Positions 1-13,106 of a stretch of 64,000 nt of DNA are shown here, one piece after another; within the stretch, counting starts at the first letter, position 1, and each line of letters begins with the position of its first letter. Origin of the DNA: the human T2T-CHM13v2.0 reference genome, Homo sapiens; NCBI RefSeq assembly GCF_009914755.1, contig NC_060936.1; one strand, given 5' to 3'. Under the pieces are notes generated by a model that did not search any database, had not been told where the DNA came from, and saw only the letters and a list, made by a program, of their open reading frames with translations. Both the position numbers and the translations under genes were made by a program.

Positions 1-199
1 GCTATACCTACAGAAAAACTAGGAAAATGTAATACAGAAACGAATAATTACATCAATGATAGTTGCTGTTAGAAATATTGTGTCAAATGTACCCAGAGGT
101 TGCCTGAATCTCATAGCTCGTGACCCGTTCATTTCATTCCTCCAATCTGGTGCTTCACTTCAACCTTTCCTTTATCCTCACACTCCCTACTGTAGTTAC

Positions 200-386
200 C
201 CCACTCCTGTCTCCCTCTTATACAAGGACTCCTGTGGTTACATACATACAAATGATCGAGAATCATCTCCTCACCTCACATCTCTAGCCACGACTCCAAA
301 TACCCTGCTGCCATGTAAGTCAACACTTACACGTTCCAAGGGTTTAGGATGCAAACACTTTGAGGGGTTGCTATTTAGTCTATCAC
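200..386 (-). mobile_element. MaLR LTR fragment (MLT1 family)
   Basis: ccctcttatacaaggac...gccatgtaag...ttaggatg...ctatcac resembles the reverse complement of an MLT1 5' half. Confidence 0.6.
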
Positions 387-892
387 TGTCCCGAGAGCAG
401 AAGCTGGAAAGCAAGGAACTCTCCCCTTCCAGAAAGGACTCTCCCATTGAAAAAACTTCCTGGTTGTGCTGTCCTGTTTATTTAAGCTTCTTGTTAATGC
501 TCGACTTCTTCCAAGATTTGGTCTTATCTAGTCCCTATATTATAAATGTCTGAATCCCCCTTCAGGAGTTTGTATACAGCACACACCTTATGAGCTATGG
601 GGGCTCAAAGCTGCATCCTCTCACCTCCTTCTCTCCCTGTGTTTCCTAACATTTGCTCAGTAAATGTTGAACCAAGATGCCATTAGCAATGCTTAAAAAA
701 AAAAGAGGCTCACCTAGGAACTTTAAATGTCCATGCTAATTACTTCCTCATGCGACCTGCTTCAAAAGCACAGACATTACTCCAATTTTCCAAATTGGGA
801 ACTCACACACATGTAGGCAAGAATATGAGGCCTTCAGTTTCATCCATAAAGACAGTCACAGCAGCAATCACAGCTGCAACCATGAGCGCAAA

Positions 893-1130
893 AGCTAACA
901 TTTATTGAGTACCCACTTTGTCTTGGGCACTGTTCTAGGTGATTTTATGCATTATTTAATTAAAGCCACCCTCCTCCCCAAGTCTGGTGGGTGGGGGTCA
1001 TTGTCTCCACTTACAAATGAGGAAACTGAGGTTTAGGGTGATTAAATGAAACGCCCAACACCAGAACAGACACAGGATTCACCATCAGCCTACTCTGATT
1101 TCAAGGCTCTGACTCTTAAGCACCATATTC
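893..1130 (-). mobile_element. MIR SINE
   Basis: aacatttattgag...acaaatgaggaaactgagg MIR core. Confidence 0.75.
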
Positions 1131-1285
1131 TATTGTCTCAGGTGGTGATGACGCTGAAGGGAACATAATATTTTAGGCACGTACATTGGAAAAGACTATA
1201 ATAGCACCAATAGATCTTTTCTTTAAAAAAAAAAACGTATTGTCTACAGCTTCTATCTAAAGGACATAAACTACAGCTACTGTGA

Positions 1286-1665
<380 letters not shown>

Positions 1666-1789
1666 TCTGCCACCTTTTCTATGGCAAGGCCAGGATATGT
1701 CTCCGAGGGCTCTCCATTAGGCAGCCCCTGGCACACAACACGAAGCTCACCTTCCTTCCAGCCCTGATCTGTGGGCCAGCTGCTGATGC

Positions 1790-2110
1790 TGTACTGCAGG
1801 CTGGAGTCTGTGGGTCAGCTGGGCTTAGAAGGCAGTGGGCCTTAGTTCCAGCTTTTGGGTTGGGCTCAGGCCCATTCCAGATGCTTCCTTTTTCTCCAGG
1901 ACCAGCAGGCCACTGGAGCGTATTTTTCTCATAATCATGGCAGAAGCACCAGAGGGAAAACCTAACCCCATAAGCACGTGTTCAGCGTCACCTCCTTTTA
2001 CATCCACCAACAGCCCCTTGGCCAAAGCAATGCACACAGCGAAGCTCGAGCTCAAAGTCATTGGGAGAAGGAAAGCCTCCACCCATGTGAGACCAAAGGA
2101 AAGTTGTGGA
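1790..2110 (-). mobile_element. Old ERVL-class LTR fragment (LTR33-like)
   Basis: catggcagaagcaccagaggg...ttggccaaagcaa...caaagtca motifs; highly diverged. Confidence 0.45.
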
Positions 2111-2269
2111 TATAAAGCAAGGGACAGAGGCCTGGATCCCAAAGACAACCCACTGCCAGCTGTGCATTTCTAGTCTCGTTTTCCTTGCTGTAAGGCTCTC
2201 AATCCCATGTCTGCTCCAAAGGCGGAAGAACCAAGGAGTAGAAACCAATGTCTTCTACTCCACTTACAA

Positions 2270-2424
2270 GCACGGGTCCTTAATTCCACCTCCCCACATG
2301 TGTTCAATCCATCAGCAAGCATTGATGGCTCCATAGCCAACACATCAACCGGTGCCACCCAGTTTTCACCATCAGGGTGTCCCTTGCAGCCTCCACCATC
2401 ATCACTCGCCGGGACTCTGCAGAG
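2270..2424 (+). mobile_element. L2 relic that contains the seed of the 35-bp VNTR
   Basis: caatccatcagcaag...ggctc...ttcacc...ccaccatcatcactcgcc is collinear with the L2 3' consensus as I recall it. Confidence 0.65.
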
Positions 2425-3584
2425 CCTCCACCATCATCACTCGCCGGGACTCTGCAGAGCCTCCACCATCATCACTCGCCGGGACTCTGCAGAGCCTCCA
2501 CCATCATCACTCGCCGGGACTCTGCAGAGCCTCCACCATCATCACTCGCCGGGACTCTGCAGAGCCTCCACCATCATCACTCGCCGGGACTCTGCAGAGC
2601 CTCCACCAACATCACTCGCCGGGACTCTGCAGAGCCTCCACCATCATCACTCGCCGGGACTCTGCAGAGCCTCCACCATCATCACTCGCCGGGACTCTGC
2701 AGAGCCTCCACCATCATCACTCGCCGGGACTCTGCAGAGCCTCCACCATCATCACTCGCCGGGACTCTGCAGAGCCTCCACCATCATCACTCGCCGGGAC
2801 TCTGCAGAGCCTCCACCATCATCACTCGCCGGGACTCTGCAGAGCCTCCACCATCATCACTCGCCGGGACTCTGCAGAGCCTCCACCATCATCACTCGCC
2901 GGGACTCTGCAGAGCCTCCACCATCATCACTCGCCGGGACTCTGCAGAGCCTCCACCATCATCACTCGCCGGGACTCTGCAGAGCCTCCACCATCATCAC
3001 TCGCCGGGACTCTGCAGAGCCTCCACCATCATCACTCGCCGGGACTCTGCAGAGCCTCCACCATCATCACTCGCCGGGACTCTGCAGAGCCTCCACCAAC
3101 ATCACTCGCCGGGACTCTGCAGAGCCTCCACCATCATCACTCGCCGGGACTCTGCAGAGCCTCCACCATCATCACTCGCCGGGACTCTGCAGAGCCTCCA
3201 CCAACATCACTCGCCGGGACTCTGCAGAGCCTCCACCATCATCACTCGCCGGGACTCTGCAGAGCCTCCACCATCATCACTCGCCGGGACTCTGCAGAGC
3301 CTCCACCATCATCACTCGCCGGGACTCTGCAGAGCCTCCACCATCATCACTCGCCGGGACTCTGCAGAGCCTCCACCATCATCACTCGCCGGGACTCTGC
3401 AGAGCCTCCACCATCATCACTCGCCGGGACTCTGCAGAGCCTCCACCATCATCACTCGCCGGGACTCTGCAGAGCCTCCACCATCATCACTCGCCGGGAC
3501 TCTGCAGAGCCTCCACCATCATCACTCGCCGGGACTCTGCAGAGCCTCCACCATCATCACTCGCCGGGACTCTGCAGAGCCTCC
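2390..3584. repeat. 35-bp minisatellite (VNTR), 34 copies, unit CCTCCACCATCATCACTCGCCGGGACTCTGCAGAG
   Basis: Exact 35-bp period with no spacers; 31 identical units and 3 units with the same T>A change (2609, 3099, 3204). Confidence 0.99.
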
Positions 3585-4112
3585 GTATTAGTCAGGGTTC
3601 TCCTGAGAAGCAGAGCCAACAGGATATACACAGATGTGTACGAGAAGATTTGTTATGGAAATTGGCTCATATGATTATGGAGGCTGAGAAGTCCCATGAT
3701 CTACCATTGGCAAGCTGGGGACCCAGGAAAGCTGGTGATGTGATTTGGAAGCAGAAATCCTGAGAACTGTGGGTGGGTGGGTTGAGGGGGCGGGTTGAGC
3801 ATAAATCTCTGTGTCTACAGACCTGAGAACCAGGAGCTCCAATGCCTGAGGGCAGGAGACGATGGAAGTCCCAGCTCAAGAAGACAGAGGGGAAATTCAC
3901 CCTGCCTCCACCTTTGTGTTCTGCTTGCGCCCTCGATGGCTTAGATGGTGCCAGCCCACACTGCAGAGGGTGGATCTTTACTTGGTATACTGATTTAAAT
4001 TCTAGTCTCTTCTAAGGAAGAAACACCCTCATACTCATACCCAGCAATAATGTCTTACCGACTATCTGGCTATCCGTGAGCCCAATCCAGTTGCCAAATT
4101 TCAACCATCGCA
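3584..4112 (-). mobile_element. MLT2 (ERVL) solo LTR
   Basis: Starts gtattagtcagggttctcc, contains attggctcatatgattatggaggctgagaagtccca, ends aaccatcgca. Confidence 0.85.
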
Positions 4113-4200
4113 GTCTGTAAGCAGAGTCATTGACACCACACAGTGGCTGGTGTGATCTTTCAAAATGTCAGCTCCTTGCCTGACAACTCTACACTTGCAA

Positions 4201-4534
4201 CACCATGCAAAGACCAGGTCATGGCCTGAGCGATCCCATATCCTCCGATACCGTGCAAAGACCAGGTCATGGCCTGAACAATCCCATATCCTACAATACC
4301 ATGCAAAGGCCAGGTCATGGCTTGAACGATCCCATATCCTACAATACCATGCAAAGGCCAAGTCATGGCCTGAACAATTACATATCCTCCAATACCGTGC
4401 AAAGACCAGGTCATGGCCTGAACAATCCCATATCCTACAATACCATGCAAAGTCCACATCATGGCCTGAACAATCCCATATCCTGGTGTCACCATGCAAA
4501 GTCCAGGTCACAGCCTGAACAATCCCATATCCTC
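4201..4534. repeat. 48-bp minisatellite, about 7 diverged copies
   Basis: Unit CCATGCAAAGACCAGGTCATGGCCTGAACAATCCCATATCCTACAATA starting at 4203, 4251, 4299, 4347, 4395, 4443 and 4492. Confidence 0.95.
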
Positions 4535-4614
4535 CTAGCTCTTTCCCATTTATACGGCGGCATCTTGCAAAAGTTCCCCTGCCACACCCCTAAATACCAA
4601 ACATACTTGGATCT

Positions 4615-4913
4615 TTTTTTTTTTTTTTTTTTTTTTTGATAGGGTCTTGCTCTGTCAGGCTGGAATGCAGTGTCGCAATCTCAGCTCACTGAAATCTCCG
4701 CTTCCCAGGTTCAAGTGATTGTCATGCCTCAGCCTCTCAAGTAGCTGGGATTATAGGCGTGCGCCACTATGCCCAGCTAATTTTTGTGTTTTTAGTAGAG
4801 ACAGGGTTTTGCCATGTTGACCGGGCTGGTCTTGAACTCTTGCCCTCAAGTGATCTGCCCACCTTGGCCTCCCAAAGTGCTGGAATTACAGGCATGAGCC
4901 ACTGCGCCTGGCC
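4615..4913 (-). mobile_element. Alu (AluJb/old S-like)
   Basis: Full dimer after a poly-T tract. Confidence 0.93.
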
Positions 4914-5589
4914 AAGCTCTTTCTTGGCCCTCAATGAAACCTTTGCCAACTACAATATCTACAAAACCATATATCCATTATACACTTTCCACTAACTAGA
5001 CTGTTCTTATTTTATTATTACTTGGGGAATGCCAGTACATCCCAAGAAAGAAGTTTAACTGAGAGCAGGGACTTTACCAGCCTGATTCATCACTATATCC
5101 CCAATAACAAGCACAATGCCAGTTTACATTAGCAGCCCCCTAAATATTGGTTGAATTGAAAAATAATCAGAGACAAATGAACACAAACTTCAAATGCACT
5201 CCAGAAAGCTGGAGAAAGAAATTGCTCAAGCCTAAAGAATATTGCTGTAAGTATTACTGGTTCAACAAATTCAACACTCTCCTGTATACACATCTGATAT
5301 TTAGGAAATGGAAGCTTGATTGAGTTTCAGGGAGTCTAAGTGCCACTGCCTGTCCTGAGGCTTGGCAAAGGACCTCATGCCACCTGCAAATAGCAAGACA
5401 TCAAATTATGTATTAGTTACAATGCAAAGGTAAAGGAATTGAGTATAGATGTATGCCCCCCAAAAACCCCACATGAAATTAGAAAAAGAAGTGGCCTGTT
5501 ATAAAGCCATCCAAATGTATGGTATACTTAAAAAAATATATGCCCAGCAACAAATAGCTCAAGCAATGTATTGCAATGTTGATGAAAGG

Positions 5590-5812
5590 CTACATGCTAT
5601 GAATCTGAGCTCTGGAGCTTGACTGCCCAGGTTAGGATTTTGATCAGGTTTCTTAATCTCTCTGAACCTCAGTTTTGCATCATTAAGATGCGGATAATAG
5701 CACTGCGTCTCTCACAGGGTGTCATGGACATTACAAGGTCCGGTCCACGCAAGGTCTTTGTGAGCAGTGCTGGGTGCATAGTAAGAATCCATCTGGGTTT
5801 GCTATTATTAGT
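5590..5812 (+). mobile_element. MIR SINE
   Basis: cttaatctctctgaacctcagtttt core and 3' part. Confidence 0.7.
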
Positions 5813-7429
5813 ATAAATAAATATTAATTTGGATCAAATTGTAGATACAAAGCAGAGAGAGAAAAAAATCATAATTAGAACTGTTAAATAACACTTGTTA
5901 TAATTTCCCCGTGGTGCCTTCTCAAAATAAGGTCTTCTGTAAATGCCACTTCAAATCTCAGAGCTCAGCAACTCACCCACCAGCCAGCTGTCAGGGAACG
6001 GGTTTAACTCAGAGAAGTGGTTCTGTTGAGCCACTTCTTTTTCTCTGACAATGTTGTCTCAGGGCTCCCCAGTGGAAAAGTTACAATGCTTATTATAACC
6101 ACACTATAAACAAGGCCCGGGTTTATATAACACCTCGGTTACCAAAAGCTAAAAAGTACATCTAAGTGTTGTAGTTATGTCTATTTTCACAACATCCATG
6201 CAAAATTAAGAAAGTTTGATAATATTATCTCATTTGTAGATGAAGAAATTCAAAAGAAATCAAGTAACTTCTTCTGGCTTATGCAGTAGATAAGTTGGAT
6301 AGCTAAAAAGAGGTCTGAAGACAAGCTTCAGCATAACATGCCTTCCATAATTTACCCAAATTAACATTTTAATCTATCTACTTACATTTCACCTCCTTCC
6401 AAAACATATTAACAAAGGAATTGGTATTATTATCCATAGTTCAAATATGTTCTCCCAGAATGCATTCCGTGGCACAATACAGATGTTGATTGTTGTGGCT
6501 TGGGAAACTAGGAATTCCACTGGCAAATAGGATTTTATGATAAAGAACCCTGTGCAACACAATATTTTAATTCCTCCTATGTGGCAAATGATCATTATTT
6601 ATGGTTCTGAGTGGTCCTACAGCAGAGAAGTCTGCTGACTTTGGTTAACCCAGTATTTCGCATTCTTGGCAGAGCATTTTTTTAAATACAAAGTCAATAA
6701 TATTCAAAGCACCAGTGTTCTATGTCTCATCCATTTAGGAAATGCTGACTTAGGAAATCACAGGGCAGAGCAAATCTAGACAACAATGAGAACTCCAGGA
6801 CCAGGTTAGGGCACTAAAGACAGTCTGCAGACCTGGAAGTGAGCGCCCGACTGGCCAAGGAAAAGCGGGAACATGAGCAGTTCTAGGAATCCGCTAGTGA
6901 GCGATGGGTAGGTCTGGAGATTGTGGAGTTTTTGGAGATTTGATGAACCTTTAACTCAAACTGCCTCAAATATTTTAAGATTTGACATAAAGAAGTAACA
7001 TAGGACAATAGACTGATTTTTTTTTTTTTTTGTCTAAGCAAATTTAGCAATCCCAAATGTAAGTCATGACATTCTTAGAGGTACTATTCAAATTTGTTTT
7101 AAACTTAGTGCTACTAGTTCCAAAATGGGTGCATATGTTAATGCAGAAGGATTTTAAAGAGTTTCTAGGAGATTTAGAGAGAAACTCGAGCACCCTATGA
7201 AAAGAGTATAATCCAACCAAGTGACAGTGACTGGGAAACACCTATTGAACCCAACGGAAAGTGGGAAATCAGTATCTTATTATCACCTGTCATTATTATT
7301 GTTACTATTTTTTCAACATCACTGAAAATACCACAGCTGAACCCTCTGCCTCATGCTTATTTGCTAATTCAAACCTGGAGATTTCTTTTCAGGCAGTGAA
7401 CATATGATTTAAATGGAGTTTAAAACCTT

Positions 7430-8330
7430 AGCCCTTCTATTTCCTAGGTTTCTCAAAATGTACATATCCAAAACAAAATGCTTGATTTCCCCCTTAAAAC
7501 CATCTCATCCCTCTCTTCTCCTGTCCCATACACAGGTCCTCCATACAGCTGTCTGCTTGAAATCAGACACAGAGGCTTCCTCAGACATTCTCTTCTTTCC
7601 CTCAACACTCACATAACCCTGGAGGAACAAGTCTCCTGATCACTTCCTTGTTGCTGTAACTGCAGATCATTCGAATCTGCCCTCTTCTCTCTGCACCAAG
7701 ACAGTCCAAGCCACAACTGGCTTCTTAGCTGGACTCTGCCACAGTCTTTGCAAGTGGTCTTGCTGCTTCCATCCTGCTTTCTTTCAATGCAGTCTCTGCT
7801 CACAAATGATTTTTAAAAGCATAAAATGTATGATTTTCTTATTTTCTCTTGATATCCCCCACATCCTAACTATTACACTAGGAATAAAGTCTAGACACCA
7901 TCTCCAAACTTATCTTGAGACATTTCTCTCGAACTCATTGCATTCTGGCCACACTGGTTACTTCCAGTTCTTTCTCTCCTTCGAGCTTCCAAGGTAAAAT
8001 TCCCTCTATCTGCAACATCCATATCCTTTGCACCTTGCCTGACACCTCTTTAGTTCTTCAAGCCTCAGTTTATAGGCTGACCCTATCTGATCTTCCAAAT
8101 GAAGGATTCCTCTTTACCTAATCTTTAATTCTCGATCACAATATTGTTATATGTTAAAGCATGCTGTTTGATACCTGCAATTTTTACTGACTTATTCATT
8201 TACTTGTTCCTTCTCTGTCTCCTACATCCTTACTGCTCACTCCATGGGAGTGGGAACCATGTTTTCTTTACCCTACATTCTAGGCATGATACGTAAACAT
8301 CCATAAAGTATCTGCATGGGTGAATAAAGA
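7430..8330 (+). mobile_element. L2 fragments
   Basis: ctcaaaatgtacatatccaaaac, aactggcttc...ctgcttcc and ctggccacactgg resemble the L2 3' region. Confidence 0.55.
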
Positions 8331-9989
8331 AAACTCTACAAAGGATTTTTTGATGTGAAAGGAATCTAATTTGCATTTATGGTACGTCGTGTACATAACT
8401 TGCAAAGCATCCATGAAAGGGCAATTCATTAATTAATTCCCTTCCATTTCTCTGCCACAGAAACTACTTTGGCCAACGTTTCAATAAACAAGCAGGGCTT
8501 ACTTCCTATCACTTGCCTTCAAAATACTCGATGACCCATTGCCTTGTTTAGAAATCATAAATTGAATATAGAGGCAAAATAAAATGATCCTTCAGAAAGA
8601 GCAGAACACCTCTTAATTCTTAAATGAATACTAAAACACAATAAATAGCACATACCACTGAGATGGTAAATGGATTTATTAACTGGAGTTTGGGAAAAGA
8701 AGGAGCCAACATAATTCAGCCAATTTTGGGGCTATTCTTAGATATACACTTATAGAGAATATTTGATGGAATAAAAATGTCCTAGGTAAGATGTCTTTAT
8801 CTGCCTGGAAGAGGTAAATAGTAGCTGCAGATGGATATTGATCAACTTACCATTTTGGATGTTAAATGACTGGAAGAGGAGCAAGTAACTATAGCTTTTA
8901 GTCTAAATTTGCAAAGAAGGGTACCTTAGGGTAAGCTGCTCATGTGAGCAAAACGCCAAACACCCTTGGTCTTCATAATCCATAGGGTACTCTTCACAGC
9001 CTCAGTTTGCCCACTCATGTAAAGAGAACTCTACCCTCCCTCTCTTTATCTTACTTTTGTAACCTCTTGAACAAACACATTCAAAGGTCACTTATGTAGT
9101 TTGGTTCTTGATAGCAAAACACACTGTGAATATCTTCTTTAAATAGGTAACTCTTCTTAGGTCCTGTATTATATTAATATATTCCCTCTGGTTCTTTTTG
9201 TAAGTTTAGTTGATTTTTCATGTTCTTTCTTTAGTTGTTGGTGGCATCTTTGTTGTTGTTGTTAAATGCAAAGGGAAGGCATAGTCCAATTATCTATCTA
9301 ATTACTAGTTCAATAATTACTTTATCACTACTTAGGCACCAAATTATCTAAATAGCTTTTGTCTCTACAGTCCCCTCAGATTTGTCCCTTGAATATATGT
9401 TGGCCCTTTCTCTTTTATAATAATACACAAGGGAGTGGGTAAAATCCTTAGGAATAAAGGTATTGTAGGATTGTGATTGCTTTTAAAGATCCTATGTAGA
9501 CAGTTATCCAGCCTACAGTCCCATCTCACCAGAACCCCACCCAGATCACTCAGAGGAGAGTTGCACTTTATGCTGGGTCTGTGAAATGGGATCTTCTTTT
9601 CCATTGTTGCTGGTGTTCACTAACCAGCCTGCAAACATTAGGAGAGCAAGGTGTCGTATAGATAGAAAAATTTAGATGTGTTCAATAAAGCTCTCGTTGG
9701 GAAGAGAAGCATGGTGCGTTTCAAACTCATTGAAGATGAATAAGTGTGGGTGGTCAGGCCAGAAAATCGAGGAATCCTGAGGGAAAAAAGCAAAGCTACA
9801 TTTAAAAAAAAACTATAAGAAAATAGATACAAAAGCCATGGTAGAGTCGTCCTCTGCAGCTGGAGCGTTTCCACAAGACACCCGACTGAGCTGGAAGGGC
9901 CCGGTGTGGAAAAGTCATTTGTCACAAAGCATGGTCAGAAAAGGAAGCCAGACTCCTAAGCATTTCCCAAAAAAAAAGTGCTACAGCCA

Positions 9990-10076
9990 GAAAATCTAGA
10001 TGAGGGCTGGCCGAGGAGGAAAATCTAGATGAGGGCTGGCCGAGAAGGAAAATCTAGATGAGGGCTGGCCAAGGAG
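9990..10076. repeat. 29-bp tandem triplication
   Basis: GAAAATCTAGATGAGGGCTGGCCGAGGAG x3; copies 2 and 3 each have one mismatch. Confidence 0.95.
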
Positions 10077-10916
10077 TAAGACTCAAGTTCTGATTCACAA
10101 CTGTGCGTGATTGCTACAGAAAGAAAAGCCAAAGGACTCTACAGGCTAGTGGTGGCTGTGAGGGCAAGGAGGGTGGGTGGGAGGTGGCAGGAACCAGGTC
10201 AGGAGGTAGGATGCCAGGGAACCGGTCAGGGCCTCCCCAGAAAACAGAAGGGCATTGTGAGGAGGATTTATTCAGGAACAGGGGATAGAGATGAACCACA
10301 GACATGCTTCAGTAACCTGGAGCTGGCAGCAGCTAAGCTGTTACCAATCCTTGGCCTGAGAGGGAGGAAAGACAAATAATTTGCTGTTCAGTTGTGGGAC
10401 AGGCCCAGCCCAAGGGGACCTTGCAGAGAGAGAACCGGAAAGGAAAGTACTGTGACCTCACTCTCCTCCCTCCCTCTGAGCTCCTGCTGGGGCTTCCAGA
10501 GACTTTTCTTTGGCTGAACCCAGGTGGAAGCCAGAAGGCACTGAAATGCTTTAACAAAGATTGTGCAAGAGAGGGTGGAGAATGGGCCTTGGTAAGCAAA
10601 GAGAAGAAACTCAGTACATCCGGTAAAAGGAAGGCTTGAAGAACATGGTATAAACCATCCAACTCCTCATTCCCATTTAATTTGTCAGAGTCATCAGATT
10701 AGAAGCAATATTGATTAGGAAGGAATTGGACCCCAATTTAATGAGCACTCTGCACACCTCAACCAAGCCTTTTAAAGTGAGCTCCAGCCTCCGGGCTTGC
10801 ATGCATCGTTGTCCTGAACAGACAGATGGAATTTGTAGTTGTGCTTATTGAACATGCGAGGAACTGGAGGGAGAAAGAAAGGTCCTAGGATAATTCTCAT
10901 TGAACAAAAAGGAACA

Positions 10917-11216
<300 letters not shown>

Positions 11217-11384
11217 TCAATAAACCTGAAGTCAGCATAGACACAGGTATATGTTGTTAAAAGTATCATGAGCACTTTAGCAAAGAACTGAAAATTAGTA
11301 GCACATGGTATGCTTCCAGTAAGGACATATTACCTATGAATAATCAGTTATTGGTTGCTTGGATTTTATAGGCACCATCATGTG

Positions 11385-12350
11385 TTCATTCAACAAATAT
11401 TTTGAATGCCCACAATGTTCCAGTTGATGTTCTGGATGTTGTGAATAATGCACTGAGAACAGTGGACAAGCTCCCTGTGTTTAAAAAATTTAGAATCGAG
11501 TGCAGAAGAAACTCTTCACAGGTAAACATAAAAATAAAGAGGGTAATTTCAAGTAATTAAAGGCATGAAAAGCATATAAGCCACATGACGGGAAATACAA
11601 TGTTGTGAAGAAGTTGGTGGTGGGGCGACACTGATTACCTCATTAAGGAAAGCTTGCAGAAAGAGGATACCCTGAGTGATGACTGGCTGTGAGGCATGCT
11701 GGTAGAAAACCCTTCAAGGCACAGGCCACCACTGATACAAACACCCAGAGTAGGAACAAATGTGGCTTGTTCCAGGAATACCGAAGGAGAGAGCGTCTAG
11801 GGCTCACCAGCAAAGGAGTCAGTTTTAGGAGATGAGATCAAACAGGCTTGTGGGGACCAGGAAATGAAGGGGTCCTTGGGCCTCAGTAAGCACTTTGAAT
11901 TTTATTCTAAGTGTGGACGCAATTGTGTGCAATGGTCTTCAGCAGAAAAAAAGGCTATGTGACTTGTATTTTGGAAAAGATCACCCTAGCTGCTATAGAG
12001 GGAATGGACCAGGTAGTGGAGTGGGGTCGCAAGACTGGCGAGGAGACTTTTTAGACAGTGCAAGAGATGAACATGTCTTAAGCTTAGAAAACAGCAGAGG
12101 AGATGAAGATAAATAGTCAAATTCAAAGGTGTACTGTGGAGACAAAGCAGACAGCTGCGTTTAACAGTTGGCTTTGGGGAATAAGACAAATCAGCACCAC
12201 GGAGAACTCCTATCTTGTTTCAGGAACTGGATGGAGTGAGGGACAATTTGCTGAGAGAATGAAGCCTTAGGGGGAAAAACACTTAGGGAAAATAAAAGAT
12301 TTATTAAGTTTTAGAATATGGAAAGCATGTTATATCTGGAATATTGGACA
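11385..12350 (-). mobile_element. L2 element
   Basis: ttcattcaacaaatattt 3' end, followed by ttgaattttattctaagtg and aaagatcaccctagctgct. Confidence 0.7.
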
Positions 12351-12498
12351 GGCATGTGATAAAATATGCTGTCTCTGTGGACAATGGGAAGTGAGCTGAA
12401 TCTGAATGAGAGGACATCTATCATTCATTCATTAACGTATTTATTCATCTGAAAACATTTTTGTACACCTGCTGTATATTAAGAATTTTTTAGAATAG

Positions 12499-12680
12499 TT
12501 TTTTTTGTTTGTTTGTTTTGTTTTTTGTTTTTTGAGACGGAGTCTCACGCTTTCGCCCAGGCTGGAGTGCAGTGGCACAATCTCGGCTCACTGCAAGCTC
12601 CGCCTCCCGGGTTCACTCCATTCTCCCTGCATCAGCCTCCTGAGTAGCTGGGACTACAGGCGCCCGCCACTATGGCCGGT
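12499..12680 (-). mobile_element. AluY right monomer only
   Basis: gagacggagtctc...gcaagctccgcctcccgggttcac; stops before the central A-rich linker. Confidence 0.9.
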
Positions 12681-13106
12681 ACTTGAACTAAATGTGTGAA
12701 CAAAACAGACACAAATTCTTGCCCCCTCCATCCCCAAAGGACATACATTCTAGTTCAAGCAAACAGACAATAAGCAGAAAAATAAATAAAATAGATGAAG
12801 CATCAGATGTTGGCTTAGACCAGGGTATTTGCATGAGCAATAGTCAGATTTGAGGTATATTGTAAAGGTGGAACTATTAGGATCAACCGAGACTGAATTC
12901 ATGTCTGAGAACAAAAAATTCCAGAGTGTGGGCCTGAGCAACCAGAGAGATATCATTGACTGAGATGGGGAAGGTTCCAGGAATATGTTTGGAACATGAA
13001 GATCAAGAGTTTGATTCCGGACACACTAGTTTGAAATGCTTACTAGAGAGCCAAGAGGAACTGTTGAACCTGGGGTTCAAGGAAGAGTTTCAGACAAGAG
13101 ACATAC

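Noticed and set aside
2390-3584. CRISPR-like array (35-bp repeat with internal palindrome)
   Set aside because: Units are head-to-tail with no spacers, there are no cas genes and the context is human; it is a minisatellite.
2207-3763. 518/440/404-aa ORFs as protein-coding genes
   Set aside because: They arise from a stop-free tandem unit and run into LTR sequence; kept only as a hypothesis under findings.
4101-4639. Repetitive ORFs on both strands
   Set aside because: By-product of the in-frame 48-bp tandem unit.
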